From Ranitomeya imitator (lineage: Eukaryota): DNA of 64,000 nucleotides. The notes under the pieces were generated by a model. That model saw only the letters and a program-made list of their open reading frames with translations. It was not told the DNA's origin and did not search any database. Made by a program: the position numbers and the translations under genes. Shown here piece by piece: positions 1 through 11,243 of this stretch; position 1 is the first letter of the stretch; every line of letters begins with the position of its first letter. The stretch is from NCBI RefSeq assembly GCF_032444005.1, contig NC_091282.1, forward strand, positions 644,428,001-644,492,000, given 5' to 3'.

Positions 1-865
1 GTGCAGTCACTGTGTACATACATTACATTACTGATCCTGAGTTACATCCTGTATTATACCCCAGAGCTGCACTCACTATTCTGCTGGTGCAGTCACTGTG
101 TACATACATTACTGATTCTGAGTTACATCCTGTATTATTCCCCAGAGCTGCACTCACTATTCTGCTGGTGCAGTCACTGTGTACATACATTACTGATCCT
201 GATTAACATCCTGCATTATACCCCAGAGCTGCACTCACTATTCTGCTGATGCAGTCACTGTGTACATACATTACTGATCCTGTATTGATCCTGAGTTACT
301 TCCTGTACTATACACCAGAGCTGCACTCACTATTCTGCTGGTGCAGTCACTGTGTACATACATTACTGATCCTGAGTTACATCCTGTATTATACCCCAGA
401 GCTGCACTCACTATTCCGCTGGTGCAGTCACTGTATACATACATTACATTACTGATCCTGAGTTACATCCTGTATTATACTCCAGAGCTGCACTCACTAT
501 TCTGCTGGTGCAGTCACTGTGTACATACATTACTGATCCTGTACTGATCCTGAGTTACATCCTGTATTATACCCCAGAGCTGCACTCACTATTCTGCTGG
601 TGCAGTCACTGTGTGCATACATTACATTACTGATCCTGTACTGATCCTGAGTTACATCCTGTATTATACTCCAGAGCTGCACTCACTATTCTGCTGGTGC
701 AGTCACTGTGTACATACATTACATTACTGATCCTGAGTTACATCCTGTATTATACTCCAGAGCTGCACTCACTATTCTGCTGGTGGAGTCACTGTGTACA
801 TACATTACATTACTGATCCTGAGTTCCATCCTCTATTATACCCCAGAGCTGCACTCGCTATTCTG
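1..865. repeat. Minisatellite, ~81-92 bp unit (GTGCAGTCACTGTGTACATACATTACATTACTGATCCTGAGTTACATCCTGTATTATACCCCAGAGCTGCACTCACTATTCTGCTG), in UBQLN4 intron 1
   Basis: About 10 tandem copies are directly visible; the ORFs called at 1-1019 are translations of the repeat. Confidence 0.95.
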
Positions 866-954
866 CTCGTCCCTCCATGCACCTAATAGCGGGCAGTACC
901 ACACATGTGACCTGTGCAGTGTGAGCGCCATCTACCACAATGCAGCCCGCTCAC

Positions 955-1092
955 CTCCCGCACACACGCCGTCTCTCCGATCACGATCTCCTCCTTGTCC
1001 TTGGGTGTCTTCACTGTGACCCGAATAAAGCCTTTACCCGGCGCCTGTCCGGGGTTACCGGAGGCCGCACCGTCAGCGCCGCTCTCCGCCAT
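955..1092 (-). CDS. UBQLN4: Ubiquilin-4, first coding exon (46 codons, start of the UBL domain); the rest of the gene lies left of the window
   Basis: Translates MAESGADGAASGNPGQAPGKGFIRVTVKTPKDKEEIVIGETACVRE; IRVTVKTPKDKEEIV is the ubiquilin-4 motif. ATG at 1092-1090, donor GAG|GTGAGC at 954. Head-to-head with LAMTOR2, as in human. Confidence 0.92.
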
Positions 1093-1648
1093 CTTGTGTG
1101 CACCCGCCCACCCCGAGGAGGAGCAGAAAAAAAGTGAGGGAGTGTAGCCGGCTACCGCGAGACAGACAACTCCGTGCTTTGTTTTAATTCTCAGACTCTT
1201 CATCGCCATCTAGCGGTGCGGGGGACCCAGCGCAGACTAATGATGCTGCGTCATTCGCGCGACCAGCTGATTCAAGTCCTCCAATCAAGACGCAGCTCTT
1301 TGAAACGTAGGAACTTCCAGAGCAAATCAAGAAGCTAGTTTTGAAACATAAAAACACAATCGAGTCCTGACACGCAGGGCCTGGACCGTTCCCAGGGCAA
1401 CACACCTTTGTACCAGTTTATTACAAGCTCTAAGCTTCAAAATTATTTTATTTTAATTGGTTTATTAAGATTTTTAAAGTTTATGTTTTATGAAGTGATA
1501 CTAGAGCGAAATTAAAGTGCATAAATAGAGTCTTCGAATTTCGGACTGCATTTCCCAGCATGCAATGCACGGGTGGGGAGTTTGTCTCGTCACATGACCG
1601 CTGGTACTGAGGCTGCTCGGTGTGTGGACCTGCTGCAGGAAGGATATT
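1093..1648. promoter_or_regulatory. Bidirectional promoter region shared by UBQLN4 and LAMTOR2
   Basis: The divergent ATGs are 556 bp apart and the sequence is CpG-rich. It contains a ZNF143/Staf-like site GACTGCATTTCCCAGCATGC (1544-1563) and a CTCF-like CCGCTAGATGGCGA (minus, 1203-1216). Confidence 0.75.
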
Positions 1649-1716
1649 ATGTTGCGGCCCAAAGCTCTGACCCAGGTGCTGAGCCAGGCCAACACTGGGG
1701 GCGTGCAGAGCACTCT
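1649..1716 (+). CDS. LAMTOR2: LAMTOR2 (Ragulator p14) coding exon 1
   Basis: MLRPKALTQVLSQANTGGVQST(L); ATG at 1649, donor CT|GTGAGT at 1717; 68 bp, phase 2. Confidence 0.96.
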
Positions 1717-1839
1717 GTGAGTATGAGCCCACCCTGCACTGTGAGTGCCACTGCTCTCTGTTATCAGCCACTTCACTAGGACCCCTCCCACTGGTCTCTT
1801 CTAGTGACACCTGGATAAATAGATCCCCTGATGGATCCC

Positions 1840-3745
1840 ACCAGGAACGCCCCCAATACTACGACTTATCCAGATCCCACCAGGAGTGCCCCCAATACTA
1901 CGACTTATCCAGATCCCACCAGGAGCGCCCCCAATACCACTAACCTATCCTGATCCCACCAGGAGTGCCCCCAATACTACGACTTATCCAGATCCCACCA
2001 GGAGCGCCCCCAATACTACGACTTATCCAGATCCCACCAGGAGGGCCCCCAATACTACGACTTATCCAGATCCCACCAGGAGCGCCCCCAATACTACGAC
2101 TTATCCAGATCCCACCAGGAGCGCCCCCAATACTACGACTTATCGAGATCCCACCAGGAGCGCCCCCAATACTACGACTTATCCAGATCCCACCAGGAGC
2201 GCCCCCAATACTACGACTTATCCAGATCCCACCAGGAGCGCCCCCAATACTACGACTTATCCAGATCCCACCAGGAGTGCCCCCAATACTACGACTTATC
2301 CAGATCCCACCAGGAGTGCCCCCAATACTACGACTTATCCAGATCCCACCAGGAGTGCCCCCAATACTACGACTTATCCAGATCCCACCAGGAGTGCCCC
2401 CAATACTACGACTTATCCAGATCCCACCAGGAGTGCCCCCAATACTACGACTTATCCAGATCCCACCAGGAGCGCCCCCTATATCACCGACTTATCCAGA
2501 TCCCACCAGGAGCGCCCCCAATACTACGACTTATCCAGATCCCACCAGGAGCGCCCCCAATACTACGACTTATCCAGATCCCACCAGGAGTGCCCCCTAT
2601 ACCACCGACGTATCCAGATTCCACCAGGAGCGCCCCCCTATACCACCGACTTATCCAGATCCCACCAGGAGCGCCCCCTATATCACGACTTATCCAGATC
2701 CCACCAGGAGCGCCCCCAATAGCACCGACCTATCCTGATCCCACCAGGACTGCCCCCTACACCACTGACTTATGCAGATCCCACCATGAGCGCCCACCCC
2801 TATATCTCCAACTTATCCAGATCCCACCAGGAGCGCCCCCTATATCACGACTTATCCAGATTCCACCAGGAGCGCCCCCCTATACCACCGACTTATCCAG
2901 ATTCCACCAGGAGCGCCCCCCTATACCACCGACTTATCCAGATCCCACCAGGAGCGCCCCCTATATCACCGACTTATCCAGATCCCACCAGGAGCGCCCC
3001 CAATAGCACCGACCTATCCTGATCCCACCAGGACTGCCCCCTACACCACTGACTTATGCAGATCCCACCATGAGCGCCCCCCAATACCACTGACCTATCC
3101 AGATAATACCAGGAGTGCCCCCAATACCACCAACCTATCCGGATCCCACCAGAAGCGCAATCAATACCACTGACTTATCCGGATCCCACCAGAAGCGCCC
3201 TTATACCACCAACCAATCTGGATTCCACCAAGAGTGCCCCCAATACTACTGACCTACCCAGATCCCACCAGGAGCGCCTCTATACCACCGACTTATCCTG
3301 GTCCCACCAGGAGTGCCCCCAATACCACCAACCTATCCTGATCCCACCAGGAGTGCCCACAATACCACCAACCTATCCTGATCCCACCAGGAGTGCCCAC
3401 AATACCACCAACCTATCCTGTTCCCACCAGGAGCGCCCCCAATACTACGACTTCTCCAGATCCCACCAGGAGTGCCCCCAATACTACGACTTCTGCAGAT
3501 CCCACCAGGAGTGCCCCAAATAGCACCGACCTATCCTGATCCCACCAGGAGCGCCCCCAATACCACTAACCTATCCTGATCCCACCAGGAGTGCCACCAA
3601 TACCACCAACCTATCCTGATTCCACCACAAGCGCCCCCAATACTATGACTTATCCGCATCCTACCATCAGCGCCCCCTATATCACCGACCTATCCAGATT
3701 CAACCACGAGCACCCCCAATACCACCGACCTATTCGGATCCCACC
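1840..3745. repeat. 39-bp minisatellite (GACTTATCCAGATCCCACCAGGAGCGCCCCCAATACTAC), LAMTOR2 intron 1
   Basis: Period 39 (1981 to 2020). Homogeneous in the 5' half and degenerate toward 3.7 kb; it produces the proline-rich repeat ORFs. Confidence 0.95.
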
Positions 3746-3803
3746 AGAAGCGCTCCCCGGCATAACTATTGGTTGATTGAACGTGACTTTCCCTGAATAT
3801 TAA

Positions 3804-4132
3804 GGGTATGTTTCCACGTTCAGGAAACGCTGCGTTTTTGACGCTGCGTTGAGCCGCAGCATCAAAAACGCAGCGTTCAGTTGTTACAGCATAGTGGAGG
3901 GGATTTCATGAAATCCCGTCTCCACTGTGCATTAAAAGACGCATGCGGCAGACCCGTGAAAACGCACATGCGGCGCGTCTTTTAAGAACGCAGCATGTCC
4001 TTACATTGCAGAAACAAAGCAAGGACAATGCAGGAGACCTGCCAGTGACCTCAGGTGCAGATTTGGTCAGGATTTTACCTGCATAAAATCCTGACCAAAT
4101 CCTGATGCAATCCTGAACGTGAAAACATACCC
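3804..4132. mobile_element. PIF/Harbinger-type MITE
   Basis: TIRs GGGTATGTTTCCACGTTCAGGA ... TCCTGAACGTGAAAACATACCC, flanked by TAA (3801-3803) and TGA (4133-4135), an imperfect 3-bp TSD. Confidence 0.75.
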
Positions 4133-4309
4133 TGAGTGTCTGTTTGGGCAGGATCAGAGATAAGAGAATCAGGACAGGAAGTGTGGTGTGCGCAGGAGAA
4201 TGTCTTCCCCTCCTGATTGTTCTCTTTCCCATCACTGTTCCTCCTGCGGTCCGGTGCCATTGTGGGATCTCGTCTCACGGATGTGACTGTCTCGCCTTCT
4301 TCCCCGCAG

Positions 4310-4472
4310 GCTCCTGAATAATGAAGGCTCTCTACTTGCGTATTCTGGCTATGGTGACACAGATGCCCGAGTTACAGCTGCTATTGCTAGCAACATTTGG
4401 GCTGCCTATGATAAAAACGGACATCAGGCATTCAACGAGGACAACCTTAAATTCATCCTTATGGACTGTATG
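4310..4472 (+). CDS. LAMTOR2: LAMTOR2 coding exon 2
   Basis: Acceptor CCCCGCAG|G, donor ATG|GTGGGT; 163 bp encoding [54 protein letters not shown]. Confidence 0.97.
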
Positions 4473-4502
4473 GTGGGTATTGCTTCAGGGGCAACCCTTT
4501 AA

Positions 4503-4904
4503 CCCCTTCACCCCCGGGCTGCTATTTCCGTTTTTGTTTTTTTGTTTTTTCCGTTTAGTTTTCTCTCCCCTTCTTCCAAGAGCCATAACTTTCTTATTTT
4601 TCTGTCCCGATAGCCGTATGAAGGCTTGATTTTTGCAGGACGAGTTGTACTTTTGAATGACAACATTTATTCTACCACATAGTGTGCTGGAAAACAAGAA
4701 AAAAAATTCCAAGTGCTTTGAAATTCCACATTTTTCATTTTTATATTTACCATGTTCATTATATAGTAAACTGACCTGGCAATATGATTTCCCAGGTCAG
4801 TACAAGTTTGCAGACACCGAACATATATAACTTATTTTTATTTAGGAACCCTGAAAACCCCCCTGAAATTTGTAAAAAAATAAATAAATAAAATTACATA
4901 TATA
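4503..4904. mobile_element. Left-end fragment of a TTAA-targeting non-autonomous DNA transposon, interrupted by the DIRS element
   Basis: Starts TTAA|CCCCTTCACCCCC; AT-rich internal sequence; no matching right end found in the window. Confidence 0.45.
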
Positions 4905-5215
4905 TTTTCCAGGACGTCCCTCCTGACAGCACCCTGGAGGATGTCCTCCTCCTCCTTGCCGGGACAGGAAAAACACGAGAGTTTAAAGGTCCGATCCCAC
5001 CCCCAATTCCTCAGTGTTTTTTCCTGTCCCTGCATGGAGGGAAGAAGAGCTGAAAGCTTACCGAGCTCAGGGGGATCGTGCGGTCCACCAATATCCTTCC
5101 TCCTGTCAAGAGGCACAGGGTCGAAACTTCCCAAGGGGAGTTCCTCGGCCCCAAAGGCCTGGAGCAGGACAAGGTGGGAGGCTCTCGGCTCAGGACGCGT
5201 TGCCGCAAGGATAAG

Positions 5216-6035
5216 TTTCAAAAAACTGACCGTCACATCCAAACATAGACTAAGTGTGAACAGGTGCTGAACCTAGAGTCGCCAACTCGTATATAGTCAA
5301 GTAATTAAGGCAGCACACTGCAGCGCTAAAACATGCAAACATGAAACACGAAAATTGAACTGCATTACTGCACTAGAAATATGAAAAATGAGAGCGTTTA
5401 GCGCATAAAAATGGCCAATTTTATGTGTACCTGGTAGCCACTTTACGGCATCTCTCTTATACCAGGTCCTACACTTGCCTTTCCTTGCTGGGAATAAACG
5501 TCTCCATCTGAATGGGTACATGTGAAACCTCTTCTTAGACTAAAATTCTCTCTCTCTGTGGAGGGGTATTGAACCTGCTGTAATTAAAACACCTGTGGCT
5601 AGGAGGTGGAGTGCTCGATCAGAAGGCTAAAGAATACATTTCAAAAACCTGACCGTCACATCCAAACATAGACTAAGTGTGAACAGGTGCTGAACCTAGA
5701 GTCGCCAACTCGTATATAGTCAAGTAAATAAGGCAGCACACTGCAGCGCTAATTACAGCAGGTCCAATACCCCTCCACAGAGAGAGAGAATTTTAGTCTA
5801 AGAAGAGGTTTCACATGTACCCATTCAGATGGAGACGTTTATTCTCAGCGAGGAAAGGCAAGTGTAGGACCTGGTATAAGAGAGATGCCGTAAAGTGGCT
5901 ACCAGGTACACATAAAATTGGCCATTTTTATGCGCTAAACGCTCTCATTTTTCATATTTCTAGTGCAGTAATGCAGTTCAATTTTCGTGTTTCATGTTTG
6001 CATGTTTTAGCGCTGCAGCGTGCTGTCTTATTTAC
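5216..6035. mobile_element. Rearranged insertion with direct and inverted internal duplications and a 16-bp TSD; Penelope-like or other non-LTR remnant
   Basis: TTGCCGCAAGGATAAG at 5200-5215 and 6036-6051. Block 5216-5330 is repeated directly at ~5639-5750, and ~5296-5590 is inverted at ~5755-6035 (the same ORF is called on both strands). Confidence 0.7.
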
Positions 6036-6479
6036 TTGCCGCAAGGATAAGGACCCTGGCGTGGTGACCGTTCTTTGAAACAGCGAGAGCTCGCTGTCCC
6101 AGCGACGCTACATCCAGCGGGCGGCTTCCGGAATCCAGGCAGCGCGTCACTTCCAGTATCGGCAGTGTCGGTAACGTCACTTCCGGTGACGTATTGGAAG
6201 CGGGGAGAGCGAGCGCTCCATCAAGGGAACACATATCAGCGTGGTTGCTACTTGCAATAGCGTCCAGCGTCGTGCAGTGGTGCTTCTGGCTCCAGCTTCA
6301 CATATATGGAAGGAGACATGATCGAGGATGGTGGGGTAAGTCCGCCTTGGCAGTCCACCCTCACCTCAGATAAAAACCCCAGCATGCCATCTAGCCTATT
6401 ACTCCCTATCTTATGTCGTTTAGGATAAGGGAACCCCCGCTGCTCCCCCAGCCACAGCTAAAAAACCTGGCAAGGTCTC

Positions 6480-7427
6480 GGTGAAGTCCAGCAGATGTCC
6501 TGTGTGCCACGTAAAACTTCCAGAGTCCCATGGCAAGACTGTCTGTGCACCCTGTACTTCATGGGTCATGAAAGATGAGTAGTCATCACTGCTTTCAGAG
6601 ATGAGATCCCTAATTCGGGAGGAAGTTCAGGCCTCTATGTCCAGCCTTTCACATTCACGCCCGTCCAGCCCCATCTCAGGCCGGAAGCGGGCCAGGCGGG
6701 AGAGAGACCAAGGGGAGCCGGAGTAAACTTCTGATGAAGATTCCGATGTAAGGAAGAGGGGGAACTCCCAGCAGAAAGCCAGGATTGAGCCAGAAAGTAC
6801 CTTTTCCAGTCAGAAGAGACAGACGAGCTTGTCCAGGCAGTGAGGAGTACCATGCAGATTGAGGTGACCTCTAAGCCGCAGTCCAGGCAGGACTTGATGT
6901 TTGGGGGATTCGTGTCACGAAATCAGACTGTTTTCCCTATAAGTGAACATATTAAGGCCATGGTTCTAGAAGAGTGGAAGGAAGCTGAGCGCCGGCTGGT
7001 GCTATCTCGTGACTTTAAAGGTCGTTTACCATTCGACCCTGAGGAAGTCAAGTTATGGGAGGAGATCCCTAAAATTGACTTTCCTGTGGCAAAGGTCACC
7101 AAAAAGACTATTATACCTTTTGAGGACTCTTCTAACTTGCGTGACCCTATGGACAGACAAGCCGACATTCTCCTAAAGAGGGCATGGAATGCTTCCGCGG
7201 CCCTAATTAGGACAAACATAGCAGCCACTTCGGTGGCCAGATCTATGTACTTATTGATGGGTCAGTTAGAAGAGCATTTGTCCAATAAGACCTCTAGATC
7301 GGATATTCTGAGTTCCCTTCCTATTATGAAGTCGGCCATGGCATTCTTATCTGATATGACGGCGGAGTCGGTTAGATTTTCAGCCAGAAACCGTTCCCTG
7401 TCTAATGCTGCTAGGAGGGCTTTATGA
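6480..7427 (+). pseudogene. DIRS ORF1 (gag-like) remnant with a CxxC...CxxC motif and a LAP2alpha-like domain
   Basis: CPVCHVKLPESHGKTVCAPC near 6495-6555 and EIPKIDFPVAKVTKKTIIPFEDSSNLRDPMDRQADILLKRAW in ORF 6840-7427; interrupted by stops. Confidence 0.75.
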
Positions 7428-7679
7428 TTAAGGTCCTAGTCAGGAGATAATGCCTCTAAGACCAAGCTCTGCTTCATTCCATTTTCAGGTCAGAGGGTAT
7501 TTGGGCCAGCGTTAGATACTATCCTTGAGTCAGCCTCTGACAAAAAGAAAGGGTTCCCTGAGGAAAAACCTAGAGGACAGAGTAGGTCCAGCAGAGGGTC
7601 ATACAGGGGCTCCCGTAGCCACGGTAATAAGAGCAGAGGTTTCTTCTTTTGTCCAACCTCCAGAAATAAGACACAATGA

Positions 7680-9540
7680 CGGCACCTGCATTGGGGGAAG
7701 GCTACGTCACTTTACAGAAAATTGGGCCCAAATCACTCGAAATCAGTGGGTTCGCAGAACTGTGTCAGAGGGATACAGCATAGAGCTTTACGCCCCTCCT
7801 CCAGAAAGGTACATCGCTCCTACCATAGTCGCAGCAGATTCTACCATGCTAATAGATTTACAGGACATGCTCAGTGCGCCAGTAATAATTCCGGTTCCGC
7901 AGTCGGAAATAGGAAGGGGGCACTATTCATCCTTATTCGCCATCACAAAACCATCGGGCAAGACTCGCACTATAATAAATCTAAAACCTTTAAATGCTTG
8001 GGTGAGATACAAAAGGTTCTGAATGGAATCTATTCGGTCAGCAGTTCATCTCATAGATCAGGATGCTGTAATTTGCACTCTCGACCTGAAGAGTGCCTAC
8101 TATCAGGTCCCGGTGCATCCCTCATCACAGAATCTGTTAAGATTTGCGGTAGCTCCGCCAACCCGGACCTGCCACTACCAGTTTCAAGGCCTTCCCTTCG
8201 GACTGGCTTCGGCACCCCGTATATTCACGAAGCTGGTGTCAGAGGTGGTGGCCTTCCTGAGAAGCCAGGGCATCATAGTAATTCCATACCTGGACGACTT
8301 TCTTCTTGTGGCAAAATCAGTAGAAATCTTGAAAGATCACAAGATACGGACAAAATCAGTGTTGGAACATCTAGGCTGGGTCATAAACTAGCAGAAGTCC
8401 AACCTGTTACCAGAACACAGAAAGATCTTCCTGGGAGTGTGTCTAGACTCCAGACACAGAATATCCCACTTACCAGAGGTCAAGCAGGAGACAATTCGAG
8501 CCCGGGTTCGGTACCTTCTAGAACATCGAATTTCCATAAGGATCGCGATGAAAGTACTAGGCCTAATGACGGCATGCATACCATGTGTCAGATGGGCACA
8601 GTCACCCTCAAGACCCCTCCAGAGACGGATTCTGTCTATTTGGGATCGCCGCCAATCTTCACTAGATGCTCCCTTGAGGCTATCAGGACCAGTACGGAGA
8701 TCTCTCCACTGGTGGACACAGAGAACCTAAGGGTGGGCGTATTATGGTCCACCTCCCCCTACGTAGTGGTCACTACAGACGCCAGCGCATGGGGCTGGGG
8801 AGCTCATCTACAGGGCAGAATCCTCCAGGGCGAGTGGCCAGCAAACATCAGAGACAGATCCTCCAACTTCAAAGAACTATATGCCATATGGGAGGCCTTA
8901 AGACGAAATCGGCTCATGCTCTCAAATCGTCATGTCAGAATATTTTCAGACAACGGTCTTGTTCTTGAAACATCAGGGAGGCCCGAGATATCGATCACTG
9001 CAGGATCTAGCAGAAACAATTTTCAGCTGGGTAGAAAATACAGTTCTATCCATAACGGCAATCCACCTGGAAGGTTCTCAGAATGTGATAGCAGATTACC
9101 TGAACAGATGGCGAGTGTGTCCACCAGAGTGGGAGCTGAACCAGAATATCTTCCTGAAGTTATGTCATCAGTGGGGAACCCCCAGTATAGACTTATTCGC
9201 AAACAGAAGAAACTCGAAGGTCTCAAAATTCTTCTCTCTGAACCCCTTGGATCTTCCAGACGGGATAGATGCCTTGAGCCAAAAGTTGGTGGAACCTCTC
9301 TCGTATGCATTTCCACCCCTGGCATTGATTCCAGCTGTTCTGCGGAAGATCAAGGAGGACCAAGCAAAGGTCATTCTGATCATCCCATACCGGCCAAGAA
9401 GAAGCTGGTTCCCTCTACTGGGGGGCCTTAGCGATCAAGAACCCAATCGAGCTGCCTCTGTGGGGGGGGGGGGGGGGGATGTCATTCACCAGGGTCCAGT
9501 ATACCATCCGAACCCAGGAAAGCTCCATCTTTCAGCTTAG
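7680..9540 (+). pseudogene. DIRS RT / RNase H / DNA-methyltransferase-like ORF, disrupted
   Basis: RT motifs LDLKSAYYQV, LPFGLASAPRIFTK and YLDDFLL; RNase H TTDASAWGWGAH; MT-like IDLFAN...YAFPP. Stops at 8020 and 8389, frameshifts near 8730 and 8955. Confidence 0.9.
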
Positions 9541-9557
9541 ATCCTGAAAGTGACATC

Positions 9558-11243
9558 TTGAAGGCAAAAGGCTTATCAGATCAGGTCATAGCCACGATCC
9601 AGGCTTGTAGAAAACCTGTAACATCAGCAATTTACCTAAAGGTTTGGAAACGATTCTGTCTGGAGGGTGGCAGGTCCGACGTTGTGACAGGCTCTCCGGA
9701 CATGCCCGGTATCTTAAACTTCCTTCAAAAAGGATTCAACAAGGGTCTTAGACCCAGCACCTTAAAGGTGCAGGTTTCTGCACTAAGCTCTTTCTTAGAC
9801 TATCCTTTAGCATCTCACCCATGGATAGTAAGGTTCATTCGGGCTACCCAGAGAATGCGTCCCACCATTAGGCAGTTCTCTCCATCTTGGGACCTTAACT
9901 TAGTCCTCAGGTCCTTGTGTAGAGGTACTTATGCTCTGGGTGATGACATGCCTATATCAATTCGCACACGAAAAACTGCGTTTCTAGTGGCGATCACCAC
10001 TGCCAAGAGGGTTGGGGAAATCCAAGCCCTATGTACCAGAGACCCTTATCTTCAGATCAGGGATGATAGCTTAATCCTGAAACTAGATCCTGCATTCATA
10101 CCAAAGGTTGGCTCTGCTAAGGGTACCGTCACACTATAACATTTCGATCGCTACGACGGTACGATTCGTGACGTTCCAGCGATATCGTTACGATATCGCT
10201 GTGTCTGACACGCAGCAGCGATCAGGGATCCTGCTGAGAATCGTACGTCGTAGCAGATCGTTTAGAACTTTCTTTCATCGCTGGATCTCCCGCTGTCATC
10301 GCTAGATCGGTGTGTGTGACACCGATCTAGCGATCTAGCGATGCGATCCAGCGATGCGTTCGCTTGTAACCAGGGTAAACATCGGGTAACTAAGCGCAGG
10401 ACCGCGCTTAGTTACCCGATGTTTACCCTGGTTACAAGCGTTAAACTAAAAAAAAACAAACAGCACATACTTACATTCTGGTGTCCATCAGGTCCCTTGC
10501 CGTCTGCTTCCCGCACTGTGACTGCCGGCCGTAAAGTGAAAGCAGAGCACAGCGGCTGTGCTTTCACTTTCACTTTACGGCCGGCAGTCACTGAGTGCGG
10601 GAACCAGACTGCAAGGGACCTGACGGACACCAGATGTAAGTATGTGCTGTTTTTTTTTTTTTTTAGTTTAACGCTTGTAACCAGGGTAAACATCGGGTAA
10701 CTAAGCGCGGTCCTGCGCTTAGTTACCCGATGTTTACCCTGGTTACCCAGGGACCTCGGCATCGTTGGTCGCTGGAGAGCTGTCTGTGTGACAGCTCCCC
10801 AGCGACCACACTACGATTTACCTACGATCACGGCCAGGTCATATCGCTGGTCGTGATCGTAGGTAAATCGTATAGTGTGACGGTACCCTAAGAATAGATA
10901 TCAGGAGATACTGCTTCCATCCTTCTGTAACATTCCTTCCAACGCGAAGGAGAAAGCCCTCCACTCGCTGGATGTCAGACAGGCGATTATCTGGAAGCTA
11001 CAAGTACTTAGTGTATACACCCAAACCTCTTTATTCTTTTTGGGTGTAATAACGGGAAAAAAGGCCTCTAAGGTCTCAATTTCGCGTTTGATCACAACAG
11101 TAATCTCAGATGCCTACTAGTCTGATGGGATTTCCCCTCCAGTAGGTTTACGTGCCCACTCTACAAGTGGCGTTTCTGCTTCCTGGGCTGAGCGGGCAGG
11201 AGCATCATTAGAACAGATCTGTAGGGCTGCGACATGGGCCAGC
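9558..11243 (+). pseudogene. DIRS tyrosine recombinase, split by a MITE and truncated before the catalytic Tyr
   Basis: RPSTLKVQVSALS and AKRVGEIQAL...PKVGSA(K). The frame resumes after the MITE as KNRYQEILLPSFC...LHSLDVRQA...AY*...GLRAHSTSGVSASWA...ICRAATWAS. Confidence 0.88.
10121..10888. mobile_element. PIF/Harbinger-type palindromic MITE inserted in the DIRS YR gene
   Basis: TIRs GGGTACCGTCACACTA ... TAGTGTGACGGTACCC; perfect TAA TSD (10118-10120, 10889-10891); long internal inverted repeats. Confidence 0.9.

Larger units (their letters stand above)
4905..11243 (+). mobile_element. DIRS1-type tyrosine-recombinase retrotransposon, decayed and 3'-truncated, inside LAMTOR2 intron 2
   Basis: T-rich start TTTTCCAGGACGTCC with a terminal hairpin (4961-4976 / 5014-5030). 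Domains follow in DIRS order: gag-like, RT, RNase H, methyltransferase-like, YR. Several stops and frameshifts; no 3' terminus. Confidence 0.93.

Noticed and set aside
1886-3022. Long proline-rich ORFs (278, 257 and 138 aa)
   Set aside because: They are translations of the 39-bp intronic minisatellite, with no splice or domain support.
5490-5545. CTGAATG...GAAAC as a hammerhead in the 5216-6035 insertion
   Set aside because: The core does not fit CUGANGA and no consistent stems I-III could be drawn.
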